DNA from: Botryllus schlosseri
Taxonomy: Eukaryota
Length of the DNA: 64,000 nt
Reading direction: 5' to 3'
NCBI GenBank assembly: GCA_051294905.1
Contig: CM119371.1
Location: 20,648,001 to 20,712,000 of the forward strand
Part shown: positions 1-12,614 of the stretch, piece after piece
How the letters are laid out: each line of letters opens with the position of its first letter
Position numbering within the stretch: position 1 is the stretch's first letter
Program-made: the position numbers and the translations under genes
Notes under the pieces: model-generated
What the model was told of the DNA's origin: nothing
The model's database searches: none
What the model saw: only the letters and a program-made list of their open reading frames with translations

Positions 1-1111
1 CGATACAAACTGTACTTGTATTGGTAAAGCCATCCAACTTCGAATTGTAAAATGTTGGGAGTCTTGATATCAAATTTTTGAAAGGTGCACTTTGAGAAGA
101 TTTCGGAATCTGTCAAATTATACAAAAAAAATTAGCAAATCTTTTGACATATTTCATCTATTTGGGACTCGATCAACGTAAAAGAATTGGTAATTATTTT
201 ATACAATATATTGTATTTGTAGTTGAAGTATAGTAATAATTCTTATGGTTACCGCACTTGTAACGATTCACGGCCATAACTGGAATAATTAGAATGATGT
301 AACTTTCAAATTGTCATGCATTTTGCAACAACATTGTTCTCAATTTTCAAGGTGCTGACCATTGGAGGAAGAATCACCATTAAGCCGGGAATTCGTGATC
401 CGTAAACGCGGCCGACTGTTTCTCTCCTGAAGCGGAAGCGACAGAGAAGAGGAACGAAGAAAAAAAAGGAGCAGAGCAGTTGCGGTGAAATAGGGGTGGT
501 GTCATTTGGTATCAATATTGACTATTAAAAGACCATTTGTTAGTGGTCATGGATCTGTTCGGCCAGAAGTCAGTAATTTCTGATGGTCACTTCCCGGCTT
601 CTGTTCTCTAACCCCTCATGATTGTTATTCTGCTTCTAGTAAGACTGTCGATTCAAGTCATGCGCAATGAGTCGAGTCACTAATTCTCATTTTAATGTCT
701 TGCTGGTTATCTTGCTGTCAATTCTAATAATTTGTTAATGTCTATACCAGTGCAGCCACTCAAATGTTTTGTTCTCTGTACACAATATTGTTAGGTCTTC
801 AGCTTTCCAGGCCGAGTATCATTCCACTTTCTAGACTTGAGTATATATCTCTCCAACTAGCTGCCAAATAACTGATTCATTTGGATTGTTGAATTGATAA
901 TTTTTGACAGAATGTGAAGAAATTTTAGTCAAGAATTCTTTTTTTGTTAGTGGCTGTTTTCAAAGATTGCTGAAGTAGTCATCGTTGATCAGTGGTTCTC
1001 AACCTTTTTTGATACGCGCCCCCCTTGGAGATGGTCAAAAAAATCGCGCCCCCCTAACCCCCCCCCCCCCTTGCATTTATCTTCATGTCAAAAAGAGTAC
1101 ATCATATAATA

Positions 1112-1630
1112 CAGAGGTGGGCAACGTTTTTGATAATCATGGCCGCATTTCGATTGCCTATGTAGCGTAAGGCCGCATTCCAGGGCATAGCCGCAATGAA
1201 CGATCTGGACGCAAAATTCCTATGGTAAACTGTCCATATCCATTCCCGGTGAACTCCGCACTATTCTACTTTTCACAATGGCCTATTGTACGCACCGAAA
1301 TCGCGAGTGGCAATGTTATGAATAGTTGCCGGGAGGTGCATATTGTCGCGCGGAGTGCGAAAATTTTTCAGGGCCGCGAACGAATTGTTATTTCTTGCCA
1401 ATTCCCATTCCGGCTCAGATTAAGAAGGGCGCTACTGCATTAAAATCGAAAAATGAAGTCTTGTTGAATTGCGCGGAGGGTGAAGAAAATTTCAAAATTA
1501 ATTAAAATCTCTCGAAAATCCGGGAGTGAATTCGTAATTGCAATTTGCATGTCTACGGCCGCCAACACATTGAATTAGGCGTCGACGGCCGCTCAAATTC
1601 CCTTCTACGGCCGCAGGCTGCCCACCCCTG
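1112..1630. mobile_element. hAT MITE nested in the 990-2596 element
   Basis: TIRs CAGAGGTGGGCAAC / GCTGCCCACCCCTG; TSD ATATAATA / ATCTAATA (7/8); subterminal GGCCGC repeats. Confidence 0.8.
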
Positions 1631-2149
1631 ATCTAATAGTATACATAAGGTATATCTTACGCCAATTTTGAATCTGCATTCCAGTTGTTGAGTCTTTTAC
1701 ATTGCTGACAAATTTCTCCAAACTTGTTTGAAAATAACAAAAAAAAACATTGAACAAGACATCCATTAATTAATTTCAAGGTAGGTCACCCTGCGACTAA
1801 TCCTGATGCTGGTAGTGAGTACAGAGAGCAAAGCGTCGTTCTGTCCCGCCAGGCTAAATTTGATCAGTTTTGGAAATTAATTAAATTGTGTTGATTTATA
1901 GCCTAATGGAGGGCGAAACTGGGCAAATGTTGCATTAAGTCTGTCTTAGTAGCTTTGCTACTAACAAGAGCTGCCCAGCGCGACAAGCTTTAGGCTACTG
2001 TCAAAGCTATGAAGCAATGAATGACTTACACGTGGGAATTGCTCTCTATATCTCCAAAGAATTTCAAAAATTTGCTCAAATGAAGTTGAAATCAGACTAT
2101 ACTCCGTTGAGCACGGTTGCGAGAGTTTGTATTTTGCAAGCTTTCCTGA

Positions 2150-2411
2150 ATATCGTCGCAGTGGAATCAAAGTATCTTATGTCCAGTTTTCAAATTTTGA
2201 AGCTCCCTTTTTTAAACTTGAAAGAAATAGACTTTTCGAAAATTTTTGTATTTTTTTGGTCATATCTTAGCCATCGTTATGTCTGTTTCAGTGTATCAAA
2301 GTTAATCGGGATCAATATATGGCTGAAAGAAGATGAAAACTTCACTCAAAGTTAATTTTCCCAAAATCTGTCAAATGGACATAAGATACTTTGATTCCAC
2401 TGCGACGATAT
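2150..2411. mobile_element. Small MITE with ~36-bp terminal inverted repeats
   Basis: ATATCGTCGCAGTGGAATCAAAGTATCTTATGTCCA at the left end and its reverse complement at 2376-2411. Confidence 0.75.
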
Positions 2412-3689
2412 GGAATAAATTTCATCTTCATTAATCGTCTTCTCATAATGGATGTGAAACACATGTTCAGACACGTACAATTTATACTGACTTTTGTCAA
2501 TTTCTCGCGCCCCCCCCCCCCTATACTGACTTCGTCAATTTCTCGCGCCCCCCCCCCCCTGAGAGCCTCCCGCGCCCCCCAGGTTGAGAACCCCTGTCGT
2601 TGATCTTTATAATCAAGTAGAAGTGGCGATTGAAGTCAGTTCTCTAGTCATATAATAATAAAAAATATAATAAAAAAAACTTGAGTGGAAATAGTCCAGA
2701 ATCAAATCCATTTTAGTAAGTATGGGCGAAAAAAATGCAGGAGTCATTCGTTACTCGCTACCTCTGCCATTTTCGCAGTACGAATGTCTTAGCTAATAAT
2801 CGTCATTTTCATTTTATTTCTGCAGGGTGTTGAAAAGAAAACGCCAGAGGGATATCATCATCAGACGATGAAACCTTCTGATTACTGACTGTTCTCATAG
2901 TTTCATTCATTGCTACTTGGCACTACAAGTAATTTCGTTCGTTTCATTTTCTACACCGGCATTATTTACTTGCCAATTCCGTTTTGGAATAAATTACCGC
3001 AAATGTGCTTAATATGTAGTAGATAATGTGGTGTGTGTGTTTGTGTGTACGCAGTCGTGATCAGGTTATGCCCAGTGGTAGAAAACAGGTTATTATATCA
3101 GAATATTCTTCTAAAGTAGGATCTACATTCTACTCACCATGTTTAAAGGCTGTAGCATCTACATAATATTTACATTATTGAAGGACATGGAAAAGACATT
3201 GAATTGAGTCGACACAAAATCCCCCTTTCTACTACCTGCCGAGCTCTAATATCTGCTATATCGGACTCCGCTTTCTACATCTTTGGTCTGTAATGTGTTT
3301 ACTGGGTAGTCATGGGCCGCTTAATCACATACGTCTTATTATAAAATTACCCAATGAACAACGGCGACCCAGATGAAGTCATCGATATTTACAGTACAAT
3401 TCCTACCTTTCGGTTACTTGCAACTAGTATGTACACTGTAAAAAATAAAGGTGGGTTTTCGGCTAAAATTGAGGTGGAAACGACAATTCCTCCTTTCACG
3501 AGAGGTAGGAACATGCTATACACCTCTGAAGAAGGTGAAGTACGTCTTCCCACCTCCGACAATAGATCTTCCACCTCCCAAAACCCTCCTATAAAGTGAT
3601 ATGCGATACATCACTTTATAAGGAGGGTTTTGGGAGGTGGAAGATGTATTTTCGCGCGAGATCATATACTGCGTCGTCCTCAACAAATA

Positions 3690-3785
3690 TACAAAAGCTG
3701 TCGTAACGCTGTTTTTGGTAAACCCGTGATATATTACAAAAGCTGTCGTAACGTTGTTTTTGGTAAACCCGTGATATATTACAAA
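3690..3785. repeat. 45-bp tandem duplication
   Basis: ACAAAAGCTGTCGTAACG(C/T)TGTTTTTGGTAAACCCGTGATATATT x2. Confidence 0.9.
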
Positions 3786-6700
3786 TGCTGCGGAACGAGC
3801 CCCCTATGACTTGGAACGGCAGTCCGAACACATGGCGTCAGATGACGTACGCGTAAGTTGACAAGTTCTGCTTAGCTGATTGGTCATGCAACGGAAATTT
3901 ATGTTCGGGTTGCTACATACGTCCGTAAATGTCCGGAATTTCAGTGTAATTAAATTCAATTTCCAGGTTTTTCGAAATCAGTAATTTTTTATAATTTATG
4001 AAAATCTATACAGCTCCGACAGTTATCGAACATCTTCACATTCAAATCAAAATACACACAATTTATACTGAATCAATACCATAGTCAGATCAAGATTACA
4101 GGACTACAGCCTTGACTTATCGATCTCGCCTTCAACCACATTTTTTATCACCTGATAATGAATCTGAATGCGAATGCATAATTGTAAAAGACCTCCATCT
4201 GTAGTTGATCATGATCACGCACGATTCAACAATGCTGAAGAGACTTTATTATATGTCCGTCCGCCGAAGCGGTCAGTAGCAAAATCGGAAGGGAAAGCAC
4301 GATGCGATGATACTACAACTGACGTAAGGAGCAGTATAGAACACAGCTGCTACACTATTTCGATCGAACTTGAGAATGGCCTATAGCAGCAGTCTCACAA
4401 AATACCATAAAAAATATAAAAATCATTAACAAAACCGCAAACACGGGCATGACCGCACCACATTAGCAGAACACTAGCCCCAAACTAACATCAATGAACA
4501 AATTCCCTAAACTAAAACCCTAACAACGCCGCGCCACATCACGGGGAGAATTACCAGACCGGGAGAGACACAAGCTCCATCCCTTCCACGCGCGCTTACA
4601 TCAGTTCCGCCAGTGAAACAGTTATTATGAAGTGAAGCAGCCGGTCAAGTCTTCAAACTTCTCATATTGATGCAAAACTTCTTCTTCAATCGGTTCAGAT
4701 AGCCAATGCCGTAATCGAATTTCTGCCAATCTTTCAGCATACCGTTACTGTCCAGGAATCTTGAGAATTGCAGCCAAATTAATGAAGTAACGGTTTTAAC
4801 GTGTTCGCCATTGTAAAAACCTCCGTCTATACTTGATCACACATGATTCAACAAAGCTGCAGAGACTTTACTACAAGTCCGTCCGCCAAAGAGGCCAAAA
4901 GCAAAAGAGGAAGTGAAAGCACGATGAGATGAATTACGAGATGGGCGGATTCCAGATTTGGGGAATCTGTATCCGTCCTGATCCAACAGTCAAATAGGAT
5001 TTCGGAATCCGACAGCTGAGTAACAAAATTAGGATCCGAAAAAAATCCTGCTATTGCTTTAGTGCTATTTCACATAAATATAGCCTGCAAAACAGATATG
5101 AACATTTTAATCAAAAAATTAGTATCAACAAATGTCTTACAAGGGTTTATATATACCGGTAATACATTTCAAATCAATAATCTTAGGTACTGTATATATT
5201 TTGAATATAAATGCAAGTGGTAGGAACTAGGCAGGGAAATTAGATAAAAAGACTGCGAGAACAGAGAAAGCAATATTAGTTGCTTTACGGAGAGGGTTAA
5301 CATAAGTAACCCAGGCATGCCATGATGCATTGCTGATGCCAACAACAAAATTAAATATTGTGTTACTGTGACTTGGCCAAGACCACTAGGCCTCCTACCA
5401 TAATACTCCTGAAGAATGATACTAAATTTTCACAAGAAGTAAGCAGTCACAGAACAGCCATGTATCAAACGAAATGGATGAATCAATCAAAATTATCACT
5501 TGATAAAGCAGCACAGCAATGAATAGGAAATATAAATATTATTATATAACCAGCATGATGATGTGCGCAATCAATCAGAGAGTACCGGTAGTATTTTAGT
5601 TCCAGTGTGTTTCCGAAATCTTAAACATGACCAATTGACCATGCCAGCATATATTCAATATTCATACATTACCTCACCACACAATCATTCCAAATGACAG
5701 CAGAAATTAGAACCACCAGTTACGGTACCTCTGCAACAACACCGACACCTCGCTCTTCTGTCATCCTGACAACTGATATCAAGTAACCTAATGGCTGATG
5801 AACAGGCAGTATAAGAATCAATGTCTGACGAACAACTGAATTCGAAAACAAACACTTCTGCAGCTCGCTTGCAGGAACCCGCCGTCGTCCTCGTTCAGCA
5901 TTCATCATCACATCACTGCACAGAAACTTCATTATGTTGCTTACGCATTTCAAAGACGTGACTGGTATCAGCGGTTTCAACGTTGTCATATATTCATGGA
6001 ACCAGCCTGGGCTTGATCCATAGCAATGAATGCATTTAACTAAGAAAATAATATCGAATAATATATACTAAATTAATGCAACGCATCAGTTACTTGCACG
6101 GCGATTCCGTGAAGTCAGCTGAGTTTCCTCGGGAACCACATTCTCAAGGGAAACCCCGTTCAACCACCGAGTTTCAGAAACACCAATTTGCTTATGGTTC
6201 AACTTACATCTTACTATCCTATTCAGTCAATATATAGTCTGTACTCAATAATGATAGTTATAATATTTATTTAGTGTACTAAGTAGTAAGTCGAACACAA
6301 AAAGCGAAGATTCCAATATCTCATGCTGACTGATCAGCCATGTCGGTTACGCTTTAATTAATCTTTAATTAATTAACCTCGAAGCAGACAGATCGAAGAG
6401 ACCGCGTTGGCGGCGCATGTCTTCTCCTCTTGAAGTTCATTATGAAGCGAATTTTTATGAGTTGTGCTTATTCTGACTACACAGGCAATAGTTGTGCGTT
6501 TTTAAATATGAACCGCTTCTTCCTGTTAAGGAATGTGGTATGAACGCATTCTGTTCTCGCTAGCATAAACCCGTATATAGTTGCTCAACTGTTGCTGTCG
6601 TTGTCGGCTGTCTGGCGATCGGCCGCCATATTGGAGAATGGAGTTTACATTAAGCCACGTGAAGAAATGGAAGGTGAGACGATAATGGACTAATGAATGA

Positions 6701-7122
6701 ATTTTCATGCTTCAAACTTGCCTTTTCAAATTAACATGCTTAAGTCAGAGTGAGCTTTGTTTCAGTTCAGTTGAAATAATTGTTTGAAAATTTTAGAAGT
6801 AACTGTAATTTATGGTCATTTTCTAATATGAAACCATGCTATATAGTAAATCCAGTAGGGAATTGGTGTTCGCAGCACAATTAGGCGACTGGCAGGCTGA
6901 CTATCACTTGTAGCTGGGGATGGGCACAATGATTCGAGTACCCAAACCTGAATCTAGTAGCAATTCTTATGATTCGAGTCGAGTAGTAAAATACGATATT
7001 TTCGAGTACGGGTACTGATATTACGCTTCTCTCTATTGAAAGTTAATTTATACCCGAGAATTATAGTTACGATACTAATTTTCACAGTTGAAGCCTTGAA
7101 CCTTGATTGGCGGTATCGTAGC

Positions 7123-7638
7123 TAGGGCTGGGCACAATGATTCGAGTACTCGAATCTGAATCGAGTAATAATTTTAAGGATTCGAGTCGAGTAGTAAAAG
7201 ACGACTTTTTCGAGTACTGGAATTATGCGCTTCTCGCCACTGAAGGTTAATTTGTCAACGAGAATTATAGTTTCGATACAAATTTTCACTGTTTAAGCCT
7301 TGAAACCTTGTTTGGTGGTATCGTAGCATACAAAACATATAGTACAAAGCTACGAGGTTACTTGACGTAGCACATTTCCGGAGTCATGATTATCCCACAG
7401 CATTGTCACCAAGTGGAATGAAATGAATATGGTCACAAAAATATTAAAGTATCAGTTATGAGATGGATAACAGGCATTATATTCTTTGTGGTGGCATTAG
7501 CGATACATATTTGGACTTTGACGTATTACATTCTGCTATGACGTCATTATGGGTGATACTCGATTACTCGACTCGACTCGAAGCATATTACGTGATTCAG
7601 AATCGAATCACTCAAGTACTCGATTTTGCCCAGCCCTA
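7123..7638. mobile_element. TAGGGCTGGG-family hAT MITE inserted into a copy of its own family
   Basis: TIR TAGGGCTGGGCA / TGCCCAGCCCTA; perfect TSD ATCGTAGC (7115-7122, 7639-7646). Confidence 0.9.
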
Positions 7639-7794
7639 ATCGTAGCATACGAAACCTGTAGTACAAAAGCTACCAAGGTTACTGGACGTAGCATATTTCC
7701 GAAGTCATGATCATCCAACAGCATTGTCACCAAGTCGAATGAAATAGGTGAAGTCGAAAAATACCAAAGCATTTTATATGTGATGGATAAAAGG

Positions 7795-8251
7795 TAGGGC
7801 TCTTCAAAAATGACTTTTTTTCTCAAATCCTACTGGCTACTTGATAAAATTGTTAGGTTACCTAATTTGAGCCTACACACCTAATTTGGTTCAATTCCGA
7901 CCACTAGCCACATTGCTAGTTGTTTATTTATTGCCGTTGTGCTCACCGTAAATACTATTTTATTCAGATCAAAATTTATCGACGGCATTCTCCGCTTCCA
8001 CTGGTTGGAATTGAACCAAATTTGTTGAACATTGTTTCTATAGTCAACCTAACACTTTATGGGGTGAACAGAAAATTTTCAATTTTTTTATTATTCAATT
8101 TTATATAATAAATCGAAACTTTCTTCTCCTGTAGCAATGCGGCTAGTGGTTGGAATTGAACCAAATTTGGTTGTAGGCTTAAATTAGGTAACCTAACAAT
8201 TTTATCAAGTAGCCAGTAGGATTTGAGAAAAAAACATTTTTGAAGACCCTA
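7795..8251. mobile_element. hATm-like MITE with ~120-bp TIRs
   Basis: TAGGGCTCTTCAAAAATG... / ...CATTTTTGAAGACCCTA; long inverted arms; perfect TSD ATAAAAGG. Confidence 0.9.
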
Positions 8252-10112
8252 ATAAAAGGCATTAAATTCTTGGTGGTGGCATAAACGGTACATATTTCAA
8301 CTTTGACATCTTACATTCTGTTATGACGTCATAATGAGTGATACTTGATTACTTGACCCGACTCGAAGCATAGGCCTATTACGTGATTCAGAATTGAATC
8401 ACTCAGGTACTCGATTTTGCCCAGCCCTACTAGTAGCATGAAAAGTTCGACTGGCTCACCAAGGCAAAGTAAAGCCTATAAATTCACCTGTTGAAAAAAT
8501 GATTTGAGGTTCGGTTTCACAAATTTATTCTCCTAATGAAATTTTTATTCTGTTTCACTGCATATTTCAAATTTCGACTGCTTTGCAGAAAACGGTTTCG
8601 TCATCTGTCCCTGAAGACTCGAGCATGATTTCCCCTCAACGCCGAATTGGTTGAAAATATGATTGATAGGATGAATGAAGCGCAGAAGCTGACATCGATG
8701 TCCCGAAGACAAAATGATGGATTGTGATTGGTATGTTTTTCTCTTTCTGCTATTATATCTATTACCTTTGTTGTAATAAAGCTGTTGTGTTTGACATATG
8801 CATTGATCTCTTCAAATATTTGTATTGAGTAGGTAATTTCCATCTATTAATTGCCTCTCATGATATAGGCCTATGAAGCGTTCTTCAGTCATGTTGCAAT
8901 TGCACGGCATCAATTTTCGCACTGTTTTTAATCTATAGTCATCTGTCATTAGGACGTGACGCGTTGACGCACTCCACTCTGCTGTATTGTAATGAGTTGA
9001 TGTTGACCTGTATGTATTCAGTGATCAACTTGGACTTATAATATATTTTGTTTTACAGCATCTCAAAATCTAGACCGGATTGTTTCTATACCTACAATTT
9101 TTCATGAAGGATGTAGCAATTTCTTCCAGGTTCAACAGGTACGGATTTTTATAAATATTATAAGTACCTGTTTGCTTAAAATTTGGGATGGGAAAAACTA
9201 TTCCACTACCGGCACAAATCGAGCTTAAACTGTAGTCGAGTCGTGGAGATTCGGAGACGATTTTAAATACTGAAAATTACGTTTTATAATATCAATTATT
9301 GAATTATAGTATCAATACATTTCTCTCAATGTGGTGTATTCAACCTTTTTTATTGAGGAGCAAACCTAAAACCGGTGTTACAAGCCCATGCTCCCTTTTC
9401 AGCTCGGTCCCACAACCCACAGTTCTAACTCTGGGTCCGTGAAGCACATCTTTATGGTGTTTGCAGACCTCTAAATTTTTAACCTGAATGATAATATAAT
9501 TTGTGATTTTTTTAGCTCGGGGAAAGCATCACTTCGGATATTTCTAGGTTAGTACAGTGTAGAAGTAGTGATTTCAAATCCATGTCAAAGCTATTTCAAG
9601 TGGAAGTAGGAAATGAATGGCTGCAAAGTACTCAAGTAGTTTCAAAAAGTAGATATCAGCAGTTATCCGAGGTTGCTACTTCAAACTCGCCAAGATGTAC
9701 CTTTGCAACTTGCAAAAAAAAGGACTATTGACAAGAGGTGGATGGCGGTTGCACTATTATTGAGCGTGATTTGAACTAAAACTTTAGGGGTGTCTGCACG
9801 GATGCCTTGCCTTGATGGTTAAGAAAAGGGGTCCGCACCGACAAAAAATTGAGAGCCACTCTACTAAAGGTTACTGTTCACATTAGCTGATGACTCAGAA
9901 TGGTCATCACTTCCACCTGGCCAAGTCCGCATATACACATTGGCCTATTTGCTATTTGATATCATATGTTGACTGAAAATAGGATCCGCAGTGCCCTGCT
10001 GCCGGTATATTTCATAGGCTGATTACTGAAATAACATCAATGTGTGTGTGTGTGTGTGTTAAGTGTATGTTTGACCTGATGCTTCTTTCACATAATAATA
10101 TATTTCTTTAAG

Positions 10113-10358
10113 ACACCCACATCCGCGTGTCCTACAATTTGCTACGATACAATGAAGAAAGAGTGGACAGTCTGGTTTGATGTTGAAAATGTGAAGAATA
10201 TCGAGAGCTTCCATGAGGCATTTGCAGTGATGCTAGAAATTCATCGGATCTTCGAAATGCAGTTTCTGACTGTTATGTCAGTTTTTCTGGCGCGTTTGCC
10301 AGGTGTAAAAGACATCAGTACTGCAGCTTATGCCAAACTGGATCACATTCGTGAATAA
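10113..10358 (+). pseudogene. Putative terminal exon of a CACTA accessory (SAMD3-like C-terminal domain) gene
   Basis: Pyrimidine tract plus AG acceptor at 10111-10112; open phase-0 frame TPTSACPTICY...SFHEAFAVMLEIHRIFEMQF; AATAAA at 10365; similarity recalled from motif pattern only. Confidence 0.45.
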
Positions 10359-10612
10359 TTTGCAAATAAAGGCATTGGAATGAAGGTGATTTAGTGTTTT
10401 GTGAAGGCTTAAAGTGCGGTTATATGCTGTGCCTCGAGGATATCCGGGTAGGATGAAGCGGAATCCGGATAGGGCAAGGTGGAAAGTTGCCCACCTTATG
10501 ATGAGGTGGGAAAATAACCACCAGGTTAAATAAGGTAGAAAATTTCCCTCCTCTTTTGAAGGTTTTTTTTTGGAACACCTTAAAAGGTGGGCCCAGTTTT
10601 TAGAGTGTAGAC

Positions 10613-11228
10613 CAGTGGTTCCCAACCGTTTTCGACTCATCGCCCCCCTTTGAAGCTCCACCCCGACCATCGCCCCCAAATATCGGGAACCGAAAAATGG
10701 GTATACAAACTGGGATCGCCGGCGATTTGACTAACAAAAAAAAGGTCAACTTTTTAGCTTGACCTTGAAATTACACTTTTACTTTTACACCTAAACGCGC
10801 AAAGCGCGATTAATATATAAAATGCATGTTTGAATCGGTCAATATGGTCGGGAATTGCATAAATATTGGTATCAATTTTTAATCCTCTCTCTGCTCACGT
10901 AATCAGATTTACCGGTAGAGCTGAGTGTGGTGTGTTGGAAAAGGTAGGACCCGTAAATAATAACGAAACATCTTCGGGCGGGCCCGTTGTTGTATTGACT
11001 TCGTTGCATGATGCTTATTCGTGACCTCCTATATCTGCTATGTCAAAATACATGGAAATCGGCAAAACGTACCACATTCGTATTTCTTAACTGGCAAATA
11101 TTGCTTCTCTGCGAGATGGCATTTGTCCTGTGCGCCATTATCCCCTATCGCCCCCTTCGTCGATTTTCGCCCCCTAGACCACCAAATCCCCCACTGGGGG
11201 ACGATATCGCCCCCGTTGTGAACCACTG
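10613..11228. mobile_element. hAT MITE (CAGTGGTTCCCAAC family)
   Basis: TIRs CAGTGGTTCCCAAC / GTTGTGAACCACTG; TSD GTGTAGAC / ATGTAGAC; ATCGCCCC subterminal repeats. Confidence 0.85.
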
Positions 11229-11488
11229 ATGTAGACACATGTTGAAGGTGAACATGGTGACTTTGCCTTGGTTGTCGTTGTTTATTGCGTAGGTTACTTA
11301 TAGGTTGCATATACCTGCTAACTTGAAATGCAAGCCACTGTTCAGTGACTTCAGTTGTAAGCAACCTTCATTATTCTAACACTAGCATACGTATTTTTTA
11401 ATCTGCGTCACTGAACAGCGGCATAACACTACAGCTAAGGGCTCATTGCCATCACTTCATAGCCTTTGAAACTGATAAACACCTCAAC

Positions 11489-11780
11489 TAGGGTTATACT
11501 TAAAACAAAAAATCAATTTAAAACAAACATGTTTAAAACAAGGCCCTTTTTATTGTTTTTTATTCAAGGCCATGACGTCACGAATATTCACTTGTGACTT
11601 CCTGGTGGATTGACATTGGCGGTTATATCGGGTGGAAATTGTCAGTAGGCTCATACAACATGATTTTTGAAAGCATTTACACAATTATGGCATGATTTTG
11701 CAAATTGAAAAAAAGGCCATTTGTTTGAAATACTGTTTAAAAGATGTTTTAAATCCCCGTTTGTTTTAAATGCAACCCTA
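11489..11780. mobile_element. TAGGGTT-terminated MITE
   Basis: TAGGGTTATACTTAAAACAA / TTGTTTTAAATGCAACCCTA; TTTAAAACA subterminal repeats; TSD imperfect. Confidence 0.6.
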
Positions 11781-12614
11781 AACCTCCACTATGGTCATAA
11801 AAGCCTTCTGTCTATGACAACCTGATTTGTAAACAAAATTGATTCCGTTGATTCAATAATTGGCTCAATGTCTGGCACACAGCATTCGGTTGTTCATCGG
11901 GCTCCAATTATGATTAATTTCCCGAGTTCATAGAGTACGCGGGCGTCATGACTGTTCGCATTCAAGTCAAAATTCCTTCAGGTAGCAAGCTGCTAATAAT
12001 CAATTCTTCAGAGAGTTAAAAAAGACAAAAACTACAATTTCGATTCAAATATCAAATAAGACTCACATGGCAGTTAGTCCTGTGAATAGATTGAATCACG
12101 AAAATAAAGCTACTGGTAGCATGAAGCGCTATCATGTGATGAATAGAGATAACCTCAACAGCTATTACCAAGCGTTTCGGAAAAAGAACATTCGCTTTTC
12201 AAAACATTCAGTTAGCGCCGCCGTAACGGCCATCCATCTTCCGTCGCACGTATAGCTTTTCTCCAACACGAGTTCGATGCTGAGACCGACGTCAATGCAT
12301 TTTCTACGATCCTGCAGGAGACCAATTTATTTAAACCACGATCTATCATTTCTTGATATCAATATATATACGCCCACTAGTCAGACCGTTTCCTCGGATG
12401 TAAGTTTAATTTTCTGATAGCGATAATGGTTTCTGCTCCTGAAGATCGTGTCTTGGAATTGTTCCGAGGATTCGGATGATCCTGATTCTGTCTGTTTCAT
12501 GAATTCCCAAATGTAGTACTAGAAAGGGCTTTTCAGCAAAGATTTATAAAAATATAGTGCAACATCACCCTGTAACATTCACGTGAATCTTGATGTGTTT
12601 TCTCATACTTTATT

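Larger units (their letters stand above)
990..2596. mobile_element. Non-autonomous hAT (Buster/Charlie-like) element with nested inserts
   Basis: TIRs CAGTGGTTCTCAACCT / AGGTTGAGAACCCCTG; perfect 8-bp TSD TCGTTGAT (982-989, 2597-2604). Confidence 0.9.
6915..8429. mobile_element. TAGGGCTGGG-family hAT MITE (outer copy) carrying two nested insertions
   Basis: Left end TGGGGATGGGCACAATGATTCGAGTA, right end TACTCGATTTTGCCCAGCCCTA; TSD CTTGTAGC / CTAGTAGC. Confidence 0.8.
3434..10607 (+). mobile_element. Degenerate CACTA/EnSpm-like element (element 1)
   Basis: Termini CACTGTAAAAA... / ...TTTTTAGAGTG, both flanked by TA; dense AGGTG/CACCT subterminal repeats at both ends; accessory-gene-like exon near the 3' end; no transposase ORF found. 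Confidence 0.6.

Noticed and set aside
350..2890. Host-gene exons at ~351-484 and ~2826-2890
   Set aside because: Splice-like boundaries are present, but the first has stops in all three frames and no recognisable product
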